Shown: in pieces, positions 13,056 through 25,942 of the stretch
Position numbering within the stretch: position 1 is the first letter of the stretch
Layout: every line of letters starts with the position of its first letter
NCBI GenBank assembly: GCA_043228905.1
Contig: JBHGNT010000008.1
Location: 5,146,001 to 5,210,000 of the forward strand
DNA: 64,000 nucleotides
Reading direction: 5' to 3'
From: Azolla caroliniana
Lineage: Eukaryota > Plantae > Polypodiophyta
Program-made: the position numbers and the translations under genes
Notes under the pieces: model-generated
What the model was told of the DNA's origin: nothing
What the model saw: the letters and a program-made list of their open reading frames with translations, nothing else
Databases searched by the model: none

Positions 13056-14159
13056 TAACCCACTTTACATGGCTTGACATGCATGGGCATAGTTTTTCTT
13101 GATGAGTACATGAAACCACATTGGGCTTTGCTTTAGTTTGGGTAGCTTGAAAATTTATGATTTAATCTTAGTTCATACATGGATAATGGGCATTAAATGC
13201 ACACAATCTCATATTTTAACTTAGTATGTTAATTGGCATCTTTACCAAACATATCCTTTTCATATCTTGTGTCGTCTTGAGGTGTTCTCACCGAGCACAC
13301 TACTTGTATTGGCAGAGTTATGCCTCCACACCGATATGATAAGTTGAGGGGTCTAGACTGTTGTATACCAGATTGAATGGCGAGTCAGGCAAGAGTGGTT
13401 GGTTGTTAATAACTCTTGAGCTACTAAAGAAACATACCTTATTCTTGTGAGCTCTAGATCATCTCTGTATTAGCCTAGTAAGTTTCAACTTTAGACACAT
13501 ACACAAGTAAAAATATAAGTAACAAAACTAACCACACTTCGATGAAAGAGGTCACTACAACACATACAAAGGTGATTAGTGTTTGATTTAATGGCACTTA
13601 ACACGAATCACTCACAAGTACGAGAGAGAAAGAGGGGGAGAGAGCTCTAGCATAAGTTAATGGGGAAGAGAAGAATTAAAGATCAAGAAGAACTAAAAGG
13701 CACACAAGTGACCATTATTGTTCATTTGCAAAGAGAATGTCGTTTTTCACATTGGGATGACCATTAGGTTTAAAACTCTAGGGCTAACTCTATCGCGTTC
13801 CCCTTCTCTTGCTCCTTGGTGCCAATGCCCATGTCATCATGGGTCAAGCTATGTACGACAGGTTCTTAACATATCTATTTGAGTTTTGTACTAATGCCAT
13901 TTTAACATATGATATTAACTAAGGCAATTGTGTGCCGTTTGCATGTAATTGATCCATTAGATTGTGCTTTCATATCAATTTTCAATTTCTGATGAACTCT
14001 TGTATTGATAGCCACCTCCGGTTGAAATATAACATGCCACCAACATTGTTCTTATTGCCTTATGTCCACATTTATCTATCTGTATACATATATAAAAATA
14101 CATTTATCTATCTTTATACATATATCTGTATCTTTATATAAAAATACATAGAGAGAGAG

Positions 14160-15760
14160 AGAGGTATTAACGACTTTTAAGCGGCCAATATTGACCCACG
14201 AGATCTAAGTATACAAGTTTTCTTGATGTGTTTCTCCTTCCTAAGTAGGGATATTCATACTTCCAAGCACAATGTCTCGATCTATGACTAAGGCATACAC
14301 ATATGAGCTCAACCTTCTAGGTGTTCTCTTTAGTGTGACATGGAAGAAGACATCACCCCCTCTTAATATGTCATCATACCTTTCACAAATTGCACTATAT
14401 GCAGAGCATATAAAAAGCAAGTGATATTCATCCTTTACTAGCTCTTCCTCACATACTTTACACGCATTTATATTTGATGGATTTTGATGCCATAATGCAA
14501 CTTCAATACCTAGCTTGTGTGATTGAGGTAACAACATATTAATGTTTCTTCAATAACTGCATATTTCGCAACATCACTTGAAAGCTCTAAGAAATCATCC
14601 ACACTCCATCTTTTGATGTCAACAACTCAACTAGATGAGAGAATTTTGCTCTTGGGATTCTTTTGTAGTACACACATCCAACATTCCAAGCAAGATGTGG
14701 TAATTTATGATTTGGCATATTCTTGACTTTTATAACGTATCTAGATTCTATACTCTTTGTAACACCAATATCTCTAAAAGTCAAATATGTGTTTCTACTC
14801 CATAAAGCAAAATTTGTGTTACCATAACATTACTTTCACTTCCTATCCACAAGTATCACTTTGGTTGCATTGATTTTCTAATATATAATAACTTTTCCAA
14901 CCAGCTTTAAGCATAAATTCAACGCATACATTCCATTTATTTATGGTAGGCACATCAATACCAAGATACTTAAATCTTTGCACAAATTGTACATTTTCTC
15001 CCTTATATGTAAGCATAAGGTATCTGTGAGCCTAGGTGGTTCACACTACCATCATTTTTGTTTTATCCACATATATAGTGAGTCCACTACTTTAGTAAAA
15101 TGCTTCTTATGCTCTAACAAAACATTGCATACCATCAAAATCATATAAAAAGATAACCAAGTCATACACATATAAGATTAATAAGATAATTCATTGCATA
15201 AGTTTTGGATCATCTAATCCTTCTTTTCTTCAACCCTATTCACCATTTCCAATTTATCAATGCATAAATCAAAGAAGTATCATGAGAATCCATTCTCCAT
15301 TTTTAGTTGGCATCTAACTTAGTCATATAATCGTTCAATAGCAACTAGATACTCTAATGGCATGCCAATTGCCACCATTCTATTCTAAATCTCACTTCAT
15401 GATACTATATTGAAAGCTTTTTAAAATCAATAAAACAATAGAGTGTTTTCCCTTGGAGCTGAATTTCTTCCATACTTTTGACATAACCAAATGATCCATA
15501 GTGTAATTTCCTTGTCTAAATCCTAATTGCCCATTGCCGAAGTGCTCGTTCGTTTCTACTTTCACCCATGCAATTACTTTAGCTCAATGATAATGCTAGT
15601 CAAATTAGCATTAGTTGAACTTACCACAATTGTGTGATGGTTTGATATTTGATTCTTATCTCTTACTTCAAAAATTTGCATAATTCAATTTATGAGCCAA
15701 TCATTCAACTATTAACATTAGTTAATAGCTTGCCAATGATGAGCAAGTGCCATCGTCTAA
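14160..15760 (-). pseudogene. Degenerate LINE (non-LTR retrotransposon), RT and C-terminal region
   Basis: Minus-strand fragments resembling YCFIDFKKAF and FKYLGID; C-terminal SHKLGIE..CKVC..DEYHLLFIC (ORF 14241-14537); ends at a (TC)n tail; many stops. Confidence 0.75.
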
Positions 15761-15837
15761 AGAGCGAGAGGTATTAACAACTTTTAATGAGGCCAAAATT
15801 GCCTAAGAAGAGAGTTTACATATTATAATATTGTCTC

Positions 15838-15883
<46 letters not shown>

Positions 15884-15932
15884 TGTCCACAGAAGACCAA
15901 TTGTGATCTATAAGACAAGGCCGAGCCCATGG

Positions 15933-16473
15933 TAGCAGTGGGCATGGTTCGGTTTCAAGGCAAAGAAACCGAACCGAACCGTTTATATAAAACAAAAACC
16001 AAACCAAACCAAACCGTTTATGAACTCTCAAGTATTTAAACCAAACCGTTTATGAACTCCCAAGTAATCCAAACCGTTTAGGGAAAAGTTGAAACCAAAC
16101 CGAACCATTTAATAAAAAATTTAAACTTAACCATTTAAGTCAAATTAATTAAATATTTACATAAACAAAAATACATTAAATTAAATAATCATTTAAGTTA
16201 AATTTATTAAATCAATAAAAAAAACTTTAATTGAACCATTAAATTAAATAAACATTCAAGTTAAATTAATTAAATCAATAAAAAACCATTAAATTAATAA
16301 ACTATTAAGGTAAAAAAAAAAGTTAACCAAAATCCTATAAACCCGAGTTTTAGAACCAAACCGAACCGTTTATCGAAAATCCAAACCATTAAATTTTTTT
16401 GGAACCAATAAACTGTTAAAACCATAGCTTAACGGTTCGGTTTCGGCTCAAACCGAAACCGTGCCCATTGCTA
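15933..16473. mobile_element. Non-autonomous hAT-type MITE, second family
   Basis: 8-bp TSD GCCCATGG (15925-15932, 16474-16481); 17-bp TIR TAGCAGTGGGCATGGTT / AACCGTGCCCATTGCTA with 2 mismatches; AAACCG subterminal repeats; AT-rich core. Confidence 0.88.
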
Positions 16474-17832
16474 GCCCATGGTGAGGGCCAACAACCAGAG
16501 AAAGAAAGACAAGAGTTATTGACAAGCCTCTTGTTTGAAAGACAAACTTCAAGTTTGCAATATCTAAAAATCAACTTTAAATTTTGAAGTTGGAAACTCT
16601 TAAGACGCCTCCAAATTCCGGTGCTATATTTTGGAATAATAACCATGTTTATTAAAAATGATGTCAAAAAAGTTGAATGAAGTTTTCTTACTTTCTGGTG
16701 AAGTTTAAAAAAAATCCGAATATGGTTATGAATCATCGAGGACTCTGACCTCGCTTGAGTAAGGGCCATCCTTGTATAACATCATTCATTGTTCACGTCC
16801 ATAGAAACGAATTATGCTAAGCTTTTGTGCATCTCAAAGCAAGAAATATGTAGCATTGATCATTCACTCCATAGTAGGAGAGGAGTTTATGATGGAAGAA
16901 GACGAAGATGCTAACCGTTAAACCGGAAATGATGGTTACCGAAAACTGTTTCCATTACTTCGTTACAGGCACAAAGTTTTAAATTTAATTAAGGGTTGGG
17001 ATCCTTAAACGTGTAGTCCTCCTATTCCTGATTTTGAAATGCTCCCGGCAAAATCTGCTAGCAAATGGCAGAAATGGAGAACCCAGCTGGTTTTAGAAGT
17101 TGCATTGACAAAATAGACTATACCTTCAAAATTTAAAGGAAATTGCCATTTGCAAATTACATTAAACTTGGGTGTTTCAAATTTTTTGGAGAGTATTTAT
17201 AACCATAGATGGTTGTTTTATCCAAAAACATCTCAAAGATTTACCTTTTCCTTCGAATTTCCAAAACTTACATGAGTTTTTTTTATATAGATACAGATTA
17301 CACTAAACTCGTATGTTCTAATTTGTCACAATTATTTATATATAGATATCTCAATATTTGAAAGTTTCCTTCCTTTTTCAAAAAATCAAGATATCTATCT
17401 GTACTCGTCAATTTCAAGAATTTACAAACTTTGGGTTTTCAAATTTGTTTTGAAGTGATTTATTAACCTATTTCTTGATAGTTGAATGATTTTCTCATTC
17501 AGAAACATCTCAATCTTGAAGTTATCTATGAGTGCCTAAAATCAAAATCAAGTTTCTCCAGTGTTGCCAAGTGCAAATTACTCTAAATTCTGGGTTATTA
17601 GATTCCTCAAAATTACTTGATCATAGTCTTCTTGATGTAAGAAGGGATTTTATTTGTTTTGTTTTGTTTTTGTTTGTTTTCTGAAAGCATCTCGAAATGT
17701 GAAATGCAAGTATTGGAATATTGCAACTGCAAATTACACAACTTATGCGTGTCCTCTTCTAATATGATGATCAGTACCATCCATAATTGAGGGGATAAAC
17801 CACACCTGATGAATAAATGCGATTTCTAGTGT

Positions 17833-18145
17833 TTATTGGCTTGTTGTGTAGGTGACATCTGCATGTTTCACGAGCCAATCCAAAACCTTAGCTCCCTCTA
17901 GAAACTCCTTTGCCTGAACAGATTGAATTTTCATGACACCACATGAGCAACCACCACCCAAAAATAAAAACCCTCCTAGCATGAAATGTTTCTTCAACAT
18001 ACTTGTTCCACGATCCGATCTTTGTCATATTCCTGATTAAATTTCTTGAAATCTTCCTCTGCACTTTCGACTTCTTTATTCAGTTCTTCATCTGAATACT
18101 GCATAAATCAAAATATTTGTAACTTTATGCAAGTGTTTCTATATA

Positions 18146-18200
<55 letters not shown>

Positions 18201-21200
18201 CATACATACATATATGAATCATATGTAATTATGTCTGAAATTAGATAGATGTAGTATATATACTTATGTCTAAACTTAAATTGATGAATCATATATAACT
18301 TTCTATACTTTGTTTAGCAACTAAATATAATGCAATTGCCGTAAAACATGTGAGTTTGTGTATCATGCTTTTAAGTTTCCACTCAGACTTGATATTTCCA
18401 GTTTGAGGATGAATACGGTGACCACTAGTCATTTCTTAGTAATTATATTTTGCAGGTTTTTATTTCACATTGGAATTTCCCACCAGTATAAAATGTATTT
18501 CAAAGGTAATGAAGATGATACTTTCACATCCTCAGGAGGTCAGAAACATGACCTATGTCACCACATGTGGCTCAAGCAGTTTTCTAAGGGTTGCTCTATC
18601 CTCAAGTAGAAAGCATACATATGTGACTAAGATGTGCAGAAGTTGTGTGAGGTTGATACATCCAGTAATTTATCAGATGAAGCATTGCTGGATGGCCATG
18701 AAAGCTTCACATCGTAGCCTGAGTTGCTCCTCATCCTCACATTCCTTGATTAAGGCAGACCATGCATTGTATTCTATTACCTTGTGTAGTGAGCAAAACC
18801 CTTGTTTGAAGAGGCAATGGTATCTCCCTCTTATTTCCATCCCCCAACAGCACAATTGACATTCTTCCATAGATTTGCATGTATATCTGTCTTTCTCAAT
18901 TCCTAACTGATGTGAAGAGGTCCTAAGCTGCCCTATCACACTATATGCATGAGATAGACATGTATCCATACGAGAAGGCCCAATGATGAATCCATCCTGC
19001 GAGGTGTGTAAAATGAGTGCCTTATAGTGGGCCATCTTCCTATCAAAAGATGTGGGCTGATCCTTGTTCCTATATTAACCAATTTAATGATATCGGCTCA
19101 TATCACTCTATTCTTTTCCACTTTAGTCATGTTCGTCTATGGAAAATCCAAGCTAGACTGGAATGGGGGCAGCATGTTTATACTTATGCCATGTGACTAG
19201 GACAGTTCTTGCATTTGAGCATACCAACAATGATTATCTGCACATTCAGCAAGTCAGCAAGTTGTTTTGATGATATAAGTCCAGCCTTCAGTACTTCTGC
19301 TGAGGGGTTTCCCAATTACGTTGAATATTGTTCACTCATTAGAAAAATGCCTTGGCAAGTACTGAGGAGGTTCCCATCTTTGTCTGGATTATATCATGTG
19401 CGCCAAGCCTTTACCCATTAACATGCACGCAATCATCAAGACTGATAGTCTCTCCAAATCTGTCCAGTTATGTGCACTAGAAGTTTCCCAAATTTCTACT
19501 TCGTACAAAAGGGTTAGTGTTACAAATGTATCAAATAACCACAATTTGCTTCATGATTCTTGGAACTGGATGTGCACACATTGTCTTTCAAGAGCAGAAA
19601 GGGCTGCATATCCATAAGAAAGGAGAGCATATGCAGCATCCTGTAGGGAGAACCAAGGCGTTGTGAACATTACCTCTAGATATCTGTAGGATAATGTGTA
19701 TGCCACCTTTTCCACTTCCAAGTAGAATTCCAGTTTTTATCTTGTTATCCATGCATGAGTGGTGCTAAACACCACAGTTTAGTTTTATCATAATCAACAC
19801 AAACCTTTATCTATACAAAATGACTTTAAAGAATGGATGTTTAAGAGTCGGAAATCAACACAATGTCATCAGGGCATATGGAGTATCAGCATAGCGACCA
19901 CCAGTAAACATGCTTCTAAACCACCCAATCTCTCTATGTAATTTGATATCTCATCTACATAAAGACCAAAGAGAGAAATAATACCATAAAACTTCCTGTT
20001 AGTCATCTAGTGCTATTGCATATCCAGACTGCAATGTGACATTTGCAACTGATGCAGTGTTTTAGATGTTCGAAAGTATTCTCATAAATTTGTATCTACC
20101 GTGCTGTATATACATACTTTCCATAAAGAGAGAGAGAGTGTGTGCGTGCGTGTGTGCATCTTCACCATTTCAGTTTTCTGTAACTAAAAGCTGCATACTA
20201 AACTGTCTTCAGTGAGAATTGCAAAACCATTTGTTGTGCAATTCTCTGCATAATACATTTCCACATTTTTTCTTTCAAACCAAAAGAAAGACAGATAAAG
20301 AGTGAGAGGGAACCTCTAAGTTTTCACGCTTGAAGATTTCTGCAACAGCAAGAACTTGCTTTACAGAGGTTACTATCTCATCTTTTTTTGCCATAAGAAA
20401 ATTATTAACCATCTCCTCACTTGAAAGATTCACCAACTGCTCTTGAGTCATGTTCATTCTAGCCTGTCAAAGAAATGGTCTTATTACCATTTGAACCAAC
20501 AAAAAATGTACAGGAGATGATATCAAGCTATATTTTATTTCTTAACTTGTATCTCAAGAAGCTTCCCAGCATACAAATTACGACCCTGCTCCTCAATTAA
20601 TGAATTTGGTACATCTATTTCGGCAATCTGAGATACCAAAAACAATACAAAGAATAATGATGAAGGATTTTTTACTTCATATATTATATTTTTTCATTTG
20701 AGGTTTGATGCCAGACATACTTCGGGATGCTAGACTGGAAGACTAAAATTGCTAATCTTTGGTACCAACATTATACAAAAGAAACTAAAATGAAGGATTT
20801 CCTTATTTGATATTTTTATTATTCAAAGAATTAAAGTTGCTAACCTTTCCCAGCTCATTCATGATAGCTCCATGAGTAGCACGTAGTTTTTCGAGCTCAT
20901 ATTGGTCCTTATGTTTCTTCAAAAGAGCCTCTCTAGCCTACCAAGGTCACAAAATATAAAGTAACTAGGGAGGCCGTCAAAACATAAGGGAATGTCTTGA
21001 GCTGAATGAAGCTCGCCTACCTCTTCAATAGTAGTGCAATTCTCAACAAATCTCCCTGCTAAACTATCATCCAAAATTGGTAGCACCCTGTAGAAATGTT
21101 CCTTGCATTCAACCTATGTAGTGTGATGAGAGGAATAAGCACATTAAAACCTAGGTTTTAAAAACTATAAAAAAACAATTTTAACTTTAATATTATCAAA

Positions 21201-24200
21201 GAGAGGAAATTTTGAATGCCTCACAAAACCATTCACAACTAATTGTTTGGTGTTTATCTACAAAGGATAAATGCTGCAGTTTAGTACTGCCCATACACTA
21301 ATCAAAGTGTATATGTACATGCACAAATACATATATAGGGTATATATGTAATATATACATAAAAGTACACATTCTAAATATTTGCATTTGAAATGTTGTA
21401 AGAAATGTTATGCAAAGGAACCTGATGTCCTTTTCATCACATTTCAGACTACGTAACTTCTAATTTTTTGCCATTGCCGGGGCTTCAGTAGGAATGGCCT
21501 GTAGCTAGAAATTTATGGTAGCTGTCATGCAAATAATGAGATGGTGCTACTTTATCTAGTACAATTAGCTAAATCAGTAACTGATTTGCATACAAGGAAA
21601 TCGAAGAAGATCTATAGAAGAGGATATATATACATACACACACACACACTAGAAGTTGGTACTGTAGACAATATAACTTACAACAAAACGGCCTGTTGCA
21701 CCTCTAGTAGCTTCCACCTGCCATGTTTCTGGAAAAACCAGATCAAATGTACGAGTTTCACCCCTTTTAAGACCAAGAATTTCTTCCACAAACCCTGGCA
21801 AATAGTTTAGTCCTTCTTCAGTATCCAACTGAAATCCTGCAACAACCCATCAAAATACCATCAAAACATTTTTTTATAGAAAAATAAATAGTGATTTATT
21901 GATTTTGGCTGAGTTCTAATTAGTCAGCCCTTTCCATGAGGGATGCAAGCTGGATTTTTAAGTTGTCAACTTTTTCTCATAGAAAGGGCTGGACAATATG
22001 TATAGCAATCTTAGGAAGCATACTTGCTACTACGTGGGACATCTACCAAAAAACTAGGCATCCTCCCAGTACTTTATACATGTGTTAGAATTTACCCACA
22101 TAACGTGTTTTAATTACATCAGCATTGTTGACAGTTTAAACAACTTAAGAATTCAAATTTTGTTTTGGGACAATGGAAAGAACCTTTTTGTTCACCCGAC
22201 ATGATTCTCTCACCAACAGACCCGTCTTCATTTACACGATTACAAGCCACGTCAAGTATAGCTACATCCCCCATCTGTCAGAAACAATGCCACAATTTTA
22301 GCTTATTCATGGAACTGTTACTCTTCAATGATATACATTCTCAGAGGCTATTAACACCTCAATATTTCTGCCTTCCACAATCCGAAGGGAACCTAATTCC
22401 TTGTGGCGTGTCCGAAACTCAGTTTCAGCTGCTTTTTTATATGAGGATTCATCATCTATATCTACTACAACCTTCAGATTTTTATAAGCATCTGGAGTTA
22501 TCCACGTCACTTCTGGTAAGACGTCCACCACAACATCATATCTGTAAAACACAATAAACTTAATTCTCTAACACAACTGCCCACAATATATCTACTACAA
22601 TTCGGCATTTCATAAATGCACAAATATCTGCTTTCAAAAACATCAGATATCTCAAACTCAAAAAACCTTGTAATGCATCTAGAATCCATATCACATATAG
22701 AACATATTACTAGGAATGGAAACAAGTTTATATGCTTCAGTATTGAGGGCCCTGAATGGAAAAGAAGATCACACCAAGGAGGAAAAACCATCACAATTGG
22801 TCAAAGTGACCAACTCACCTCAACAACGATGTTGGTGAGAATGCAGATCTTAGTTCATCTAGGTTTGTGACAATATGCTCCGAATCTTTCAGGGCTCTTC
22901 CAGCAACCTGTTTAAATTTTAATTAAGTGAATTTCATGTTACCTTAAAATACATATAGAAATGCAACAATGGAGAATTAATGTAGAAAGAAGTGAACAAA
23001 ATGGCCATTGATAATAGTTCCAAAAATGAGCACATATGCATATTCATGCCAGATGAGGTATGCAAATATTGAGGAGCCTTTTCCATTTTGAATTCAAACA
23101 GGCTCCAATAAGTATTGAAATACATCCACAAAGAGTGGACGCACCGAAGACAATGCTGTAGGTAATGTGTGTCTTAAAACAGCTTCAATGGCTGCAGTCT
23201 TTACTTTATCCTTCCCAACAAAGTTAACTAATATTGGTTCTGGAACAGTTTTGCCAACTTGAAATCCAGGGATCTATGCAAGTACATAACAAATGACATT
23301 AGATTAGATGATATTGTTCCAGAATATCTTCGAGCGCATACCTAGCCATTGCCAATAACATCTTAACCTTAAGATATTTTTCCTACCTTTGTCCTCTTGC
23401 TGAATTCCTTCAGAACAAATTCATAGCTTTCTTTGCATATTTTGGGAGACACTTTGACACTAAGTTTAATCTGCAAAATCAGCATCAATCAGGCTATACA
23501 TTTATTGTGAGTTCCAAATAAGTACAGGATCAGTAAGCAATTTTCTAGTATAGCCAACAAGAACAGGATCGATACAATACAGCAGCACAAACTGAAAATA
23601 TAGGATTGAGTGAAATGCAGACACTGTTATTTTCTATTGCAGAATTCTAGCTTTTGCGAGCATTAGACACTCATATGGTTGTACACCACCTCAAGGCTTA
23701 TACATATGATGGCCATACCACCATTGTTCTGACATTGTATGACCAGGTGTGCATGATTTACATATGGTAACAAAATGTCATTGTCCTTGTATTACACGAT
23801 CAAGTCCATCTCATACACATAACTACCAAATTATCACTGTGCTTGCATTATACTTGGACCAGAATACCATTGTCCTTATATTATACTCACATTATACTAG
23901 CATCTCATACACAAAGTTGCTGGACTACCATTGTCCTTATATTATACTCGGATTATAGTAGCATGTACCATCTCATACACAAAGTTGCAGGACTACCATG
24001 GTCCTTACATTATACAACCATGTAGCACCTCATAAGCATATGAGTACCAGACTACCATTGTCCGTACATTATATGATCATGTACCACATCATACATATGA
24101 CTATATTTTGTGGTCATGCACCACCAGAATACCATTGTCCTTCCATTATCGAACCATGTACCACCTTGTACATATAAATGACTACCTACATTATACGATC

Positions 24201-24831
24201 ATGGTACCACCTTATGCAAATATGACTACCTACTTTATACTTACATATATGATGATGTACCACCTCATACATATAACTATTGAACTAAAAGATTCCTTAA
24301 CATTATATGGTCATTGCCCCACCTTAGCATTATATATCAGTACCTACACATCATAAGTATGAGTTTGGGCGACAAATGTAGCTTATACAATTATGTACAA
24401 CTCATACATATGATGACCGAATTACAATTGTCCTTCTAGGTACAAAATTTTCTTTTTGCATGAAAAGAAATTCATATGTAAGTAATGCAGAGAGGAGGAA
24501 AAACTGAGCATATAATATTTACCCTAGAGTTCGGCTCGATTGTTTCCGAGACTTCTATTGTATCAGCGGCACTAGCGCTTGCTCGAGAACAAAGAGGAAA
24601 CCTTGTATTCTTTTTGTAGGTACCATGTTCAGGTGTGAGACCAAGTCGGCCAGTATTTATCGAATTCGAGACAGAATGGAGTGATAAATACCGATGCTTT
24701 GAGCGAATAGGAAGAAAACGCTGCGATGATGATGAAGACGAAGAAGAAGAAGAAGAAGAAGAAGATGATGATGATGGTGATGATAAGAGGGTAGCAGAGA
24801 AACCAGCGCTGATGGCAGAGAAGGTCACCAT
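17833..24831 (-). CDS. TIG: Chloroplast trigger factor, ~544 aa; 13 exons: 24831-24523, 23470-23387, 23273-23145, 22907-22819, 22541-22358, 22274-22184, 21836-21682, 21113-21021, 20937-20845, 20627-20547, 20463-20314, 18098-18003, 17913-17833
   Basis: All introns GT-AG and the frame stays open. Ser-rich transit peptide; ribosome-binding domain EPNSR|IKLSVKV..KIPGFQVGKTVP; YDVVVDVLPEV; FKBP-like GDVAILD..LPGFVEEILGLKRGETRTFDLVFPETW; C-terminal LPILDDSLA, IDVPNSLIEEQGR, LEGAKVLDWL; stop TAA. Confidence 0.93.
18780..19700 (-). pseudogene. LINE 3' fragment inside trigger factor intron 11
   Basis: Minus-strand GYAALSALERQC..KLWLFDTFVTLTLLYEVEIW and LRTSSHQLGIEKDRY..CQLC, typical of the post-RT region of non-LTR elements and similar to 14241-14537. 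Confidence 0.65.
23715..24440. repeat. Degenerate ~60-bp minisatellite (TACCATTGTCCTTACATTATA..CATCTCATACA) in trigger factor intron 1
   Basis: CCATTGT/CCATGGT motif recurs at about 23722, 23867, 23927, 23996, 24055, 24134. Confidence 0.75.
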
Positions 24832-25379
24832 AGCTCCACTTCCCTCTCCTTCCCTCTCTCCTTCGAGAAGCTTATCTCATTTTTGCTGTGGATTTATCCA
24901 TAGATAGATATATGGATGAATTTCCTTCTTTTTTTATCTTCTGTAAAGTAGTGAGTGGGCGAATTCATCCACATTACTCCCCTCCTTCCCTCATTCATTC
25001 ATTCAATCTGATTTTTCCAAATTCTCTGAATTACCACCCCTTCATTCATAGAATCTGGTTTTCCAAAATTCTCCGAGTACCCCTCATTCCTAGAGACCTC
25101 TCGATCTCTCGGATTACCCCCCCCCCCCCCCCCCCCCCCCTTCCATCTTGGGCTGAAGTGTTTCGATCCATCGAATTAGCTCATAATGTTAAGCCTTATC
25201 CTAAGAGAGAGAGAGAGAGAGAGATTGTCTCTTACATGTGTAATGAAGGAGAGATTGAAGGTTGAGCTCAGTTTGGGATGGGGCTCAAGCCAAACCGAAC
25301 CATTTTGGGCTAAACTTGTTCCCAAATGGTTAAGGCTAATCGGTTTGGCTTAACCGGTTTAGGAGCCGGTTTAGTTCAA

Positions 25380-25942
25380 GTTTGAAAACTCCCAAACTAG
25401 TTCAAGCTTAACTGGTTTGGTTTGGATAATGCCAAACCGGTTATGCTGAAACCAAATCGTTGTCGATTCCTACCTATGTGTTTTTATGGGGGTTGAAGTA
25501 TAGGGTGGTGTTAGTAACAGCTTCAAAGTTTACTTGGAAAGAGCTCGAAAATATTCAAATTAGTTCTGTTGTGAAGTTTCTTCGAGGCAAAATACAAATA
25601 TCATACTTACTCCTACCTCATGAGACCGTGTCACTCCCATCGAGAGATCATGGGCATAGTTTGAAAGCTCCAAAACCGATTATGGCTTAATTGGTCTTGG
25701 TTTGGATAATGACAAATTGGTTAAGCCAAAACCAAACCATTGCCAAATCCTACTTGTGTGTTTTTATAGTGGTTGAAGTATAGGGTGGTGTTAGTAGTAG
25801 CATCTTCAAAGTTCACTTGGAAAGAGCTCGAAAATATCCAAAATATTTCTCCTGTGAAGTTTCTTCGAGTCAAAATACAAATATCATACTTGTTCCTACC
25901 TCTTGAAACAGTGTCACTCCCATTGAGAGATCATGGGCATAG
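25380..25942. repeat. Tandem duplication of ~280 bp with AACCG-rich (MITE-like) heads
   Basis: GGTTGAAGTATAGGGTGGTGTTAGTA..GAGAGATCATGGGCATAG occurs twice; ORFs 25460-25690 and 25773-25967 are near-identical for this reason. Confidence 0.8.

Noticed and set aside
13227-13870. Possible solo LTR (TGTTAATT..CTTAACA) with ends similar to 61082-61558
   Set aside because: No matching TSD at either locus and only the termini look similar; boundaries cannot be supported.
17764-17809. C/D-box snoRNA candidate (ATGATGA..CTGA)
   Set aside because: Only ~46 nt, no terminal stem or recognisable rRNA guide; lies antisense to the trigger factor 3' UTR.
18400-18800. Possible PPR gene fragment in trigger factor intron 11 (AWSALIK.., PHVVT..)
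   Set aside because: Only a few residues match, the frame is broken, and the adjoining sequence is better explained as a LINE 3' end.
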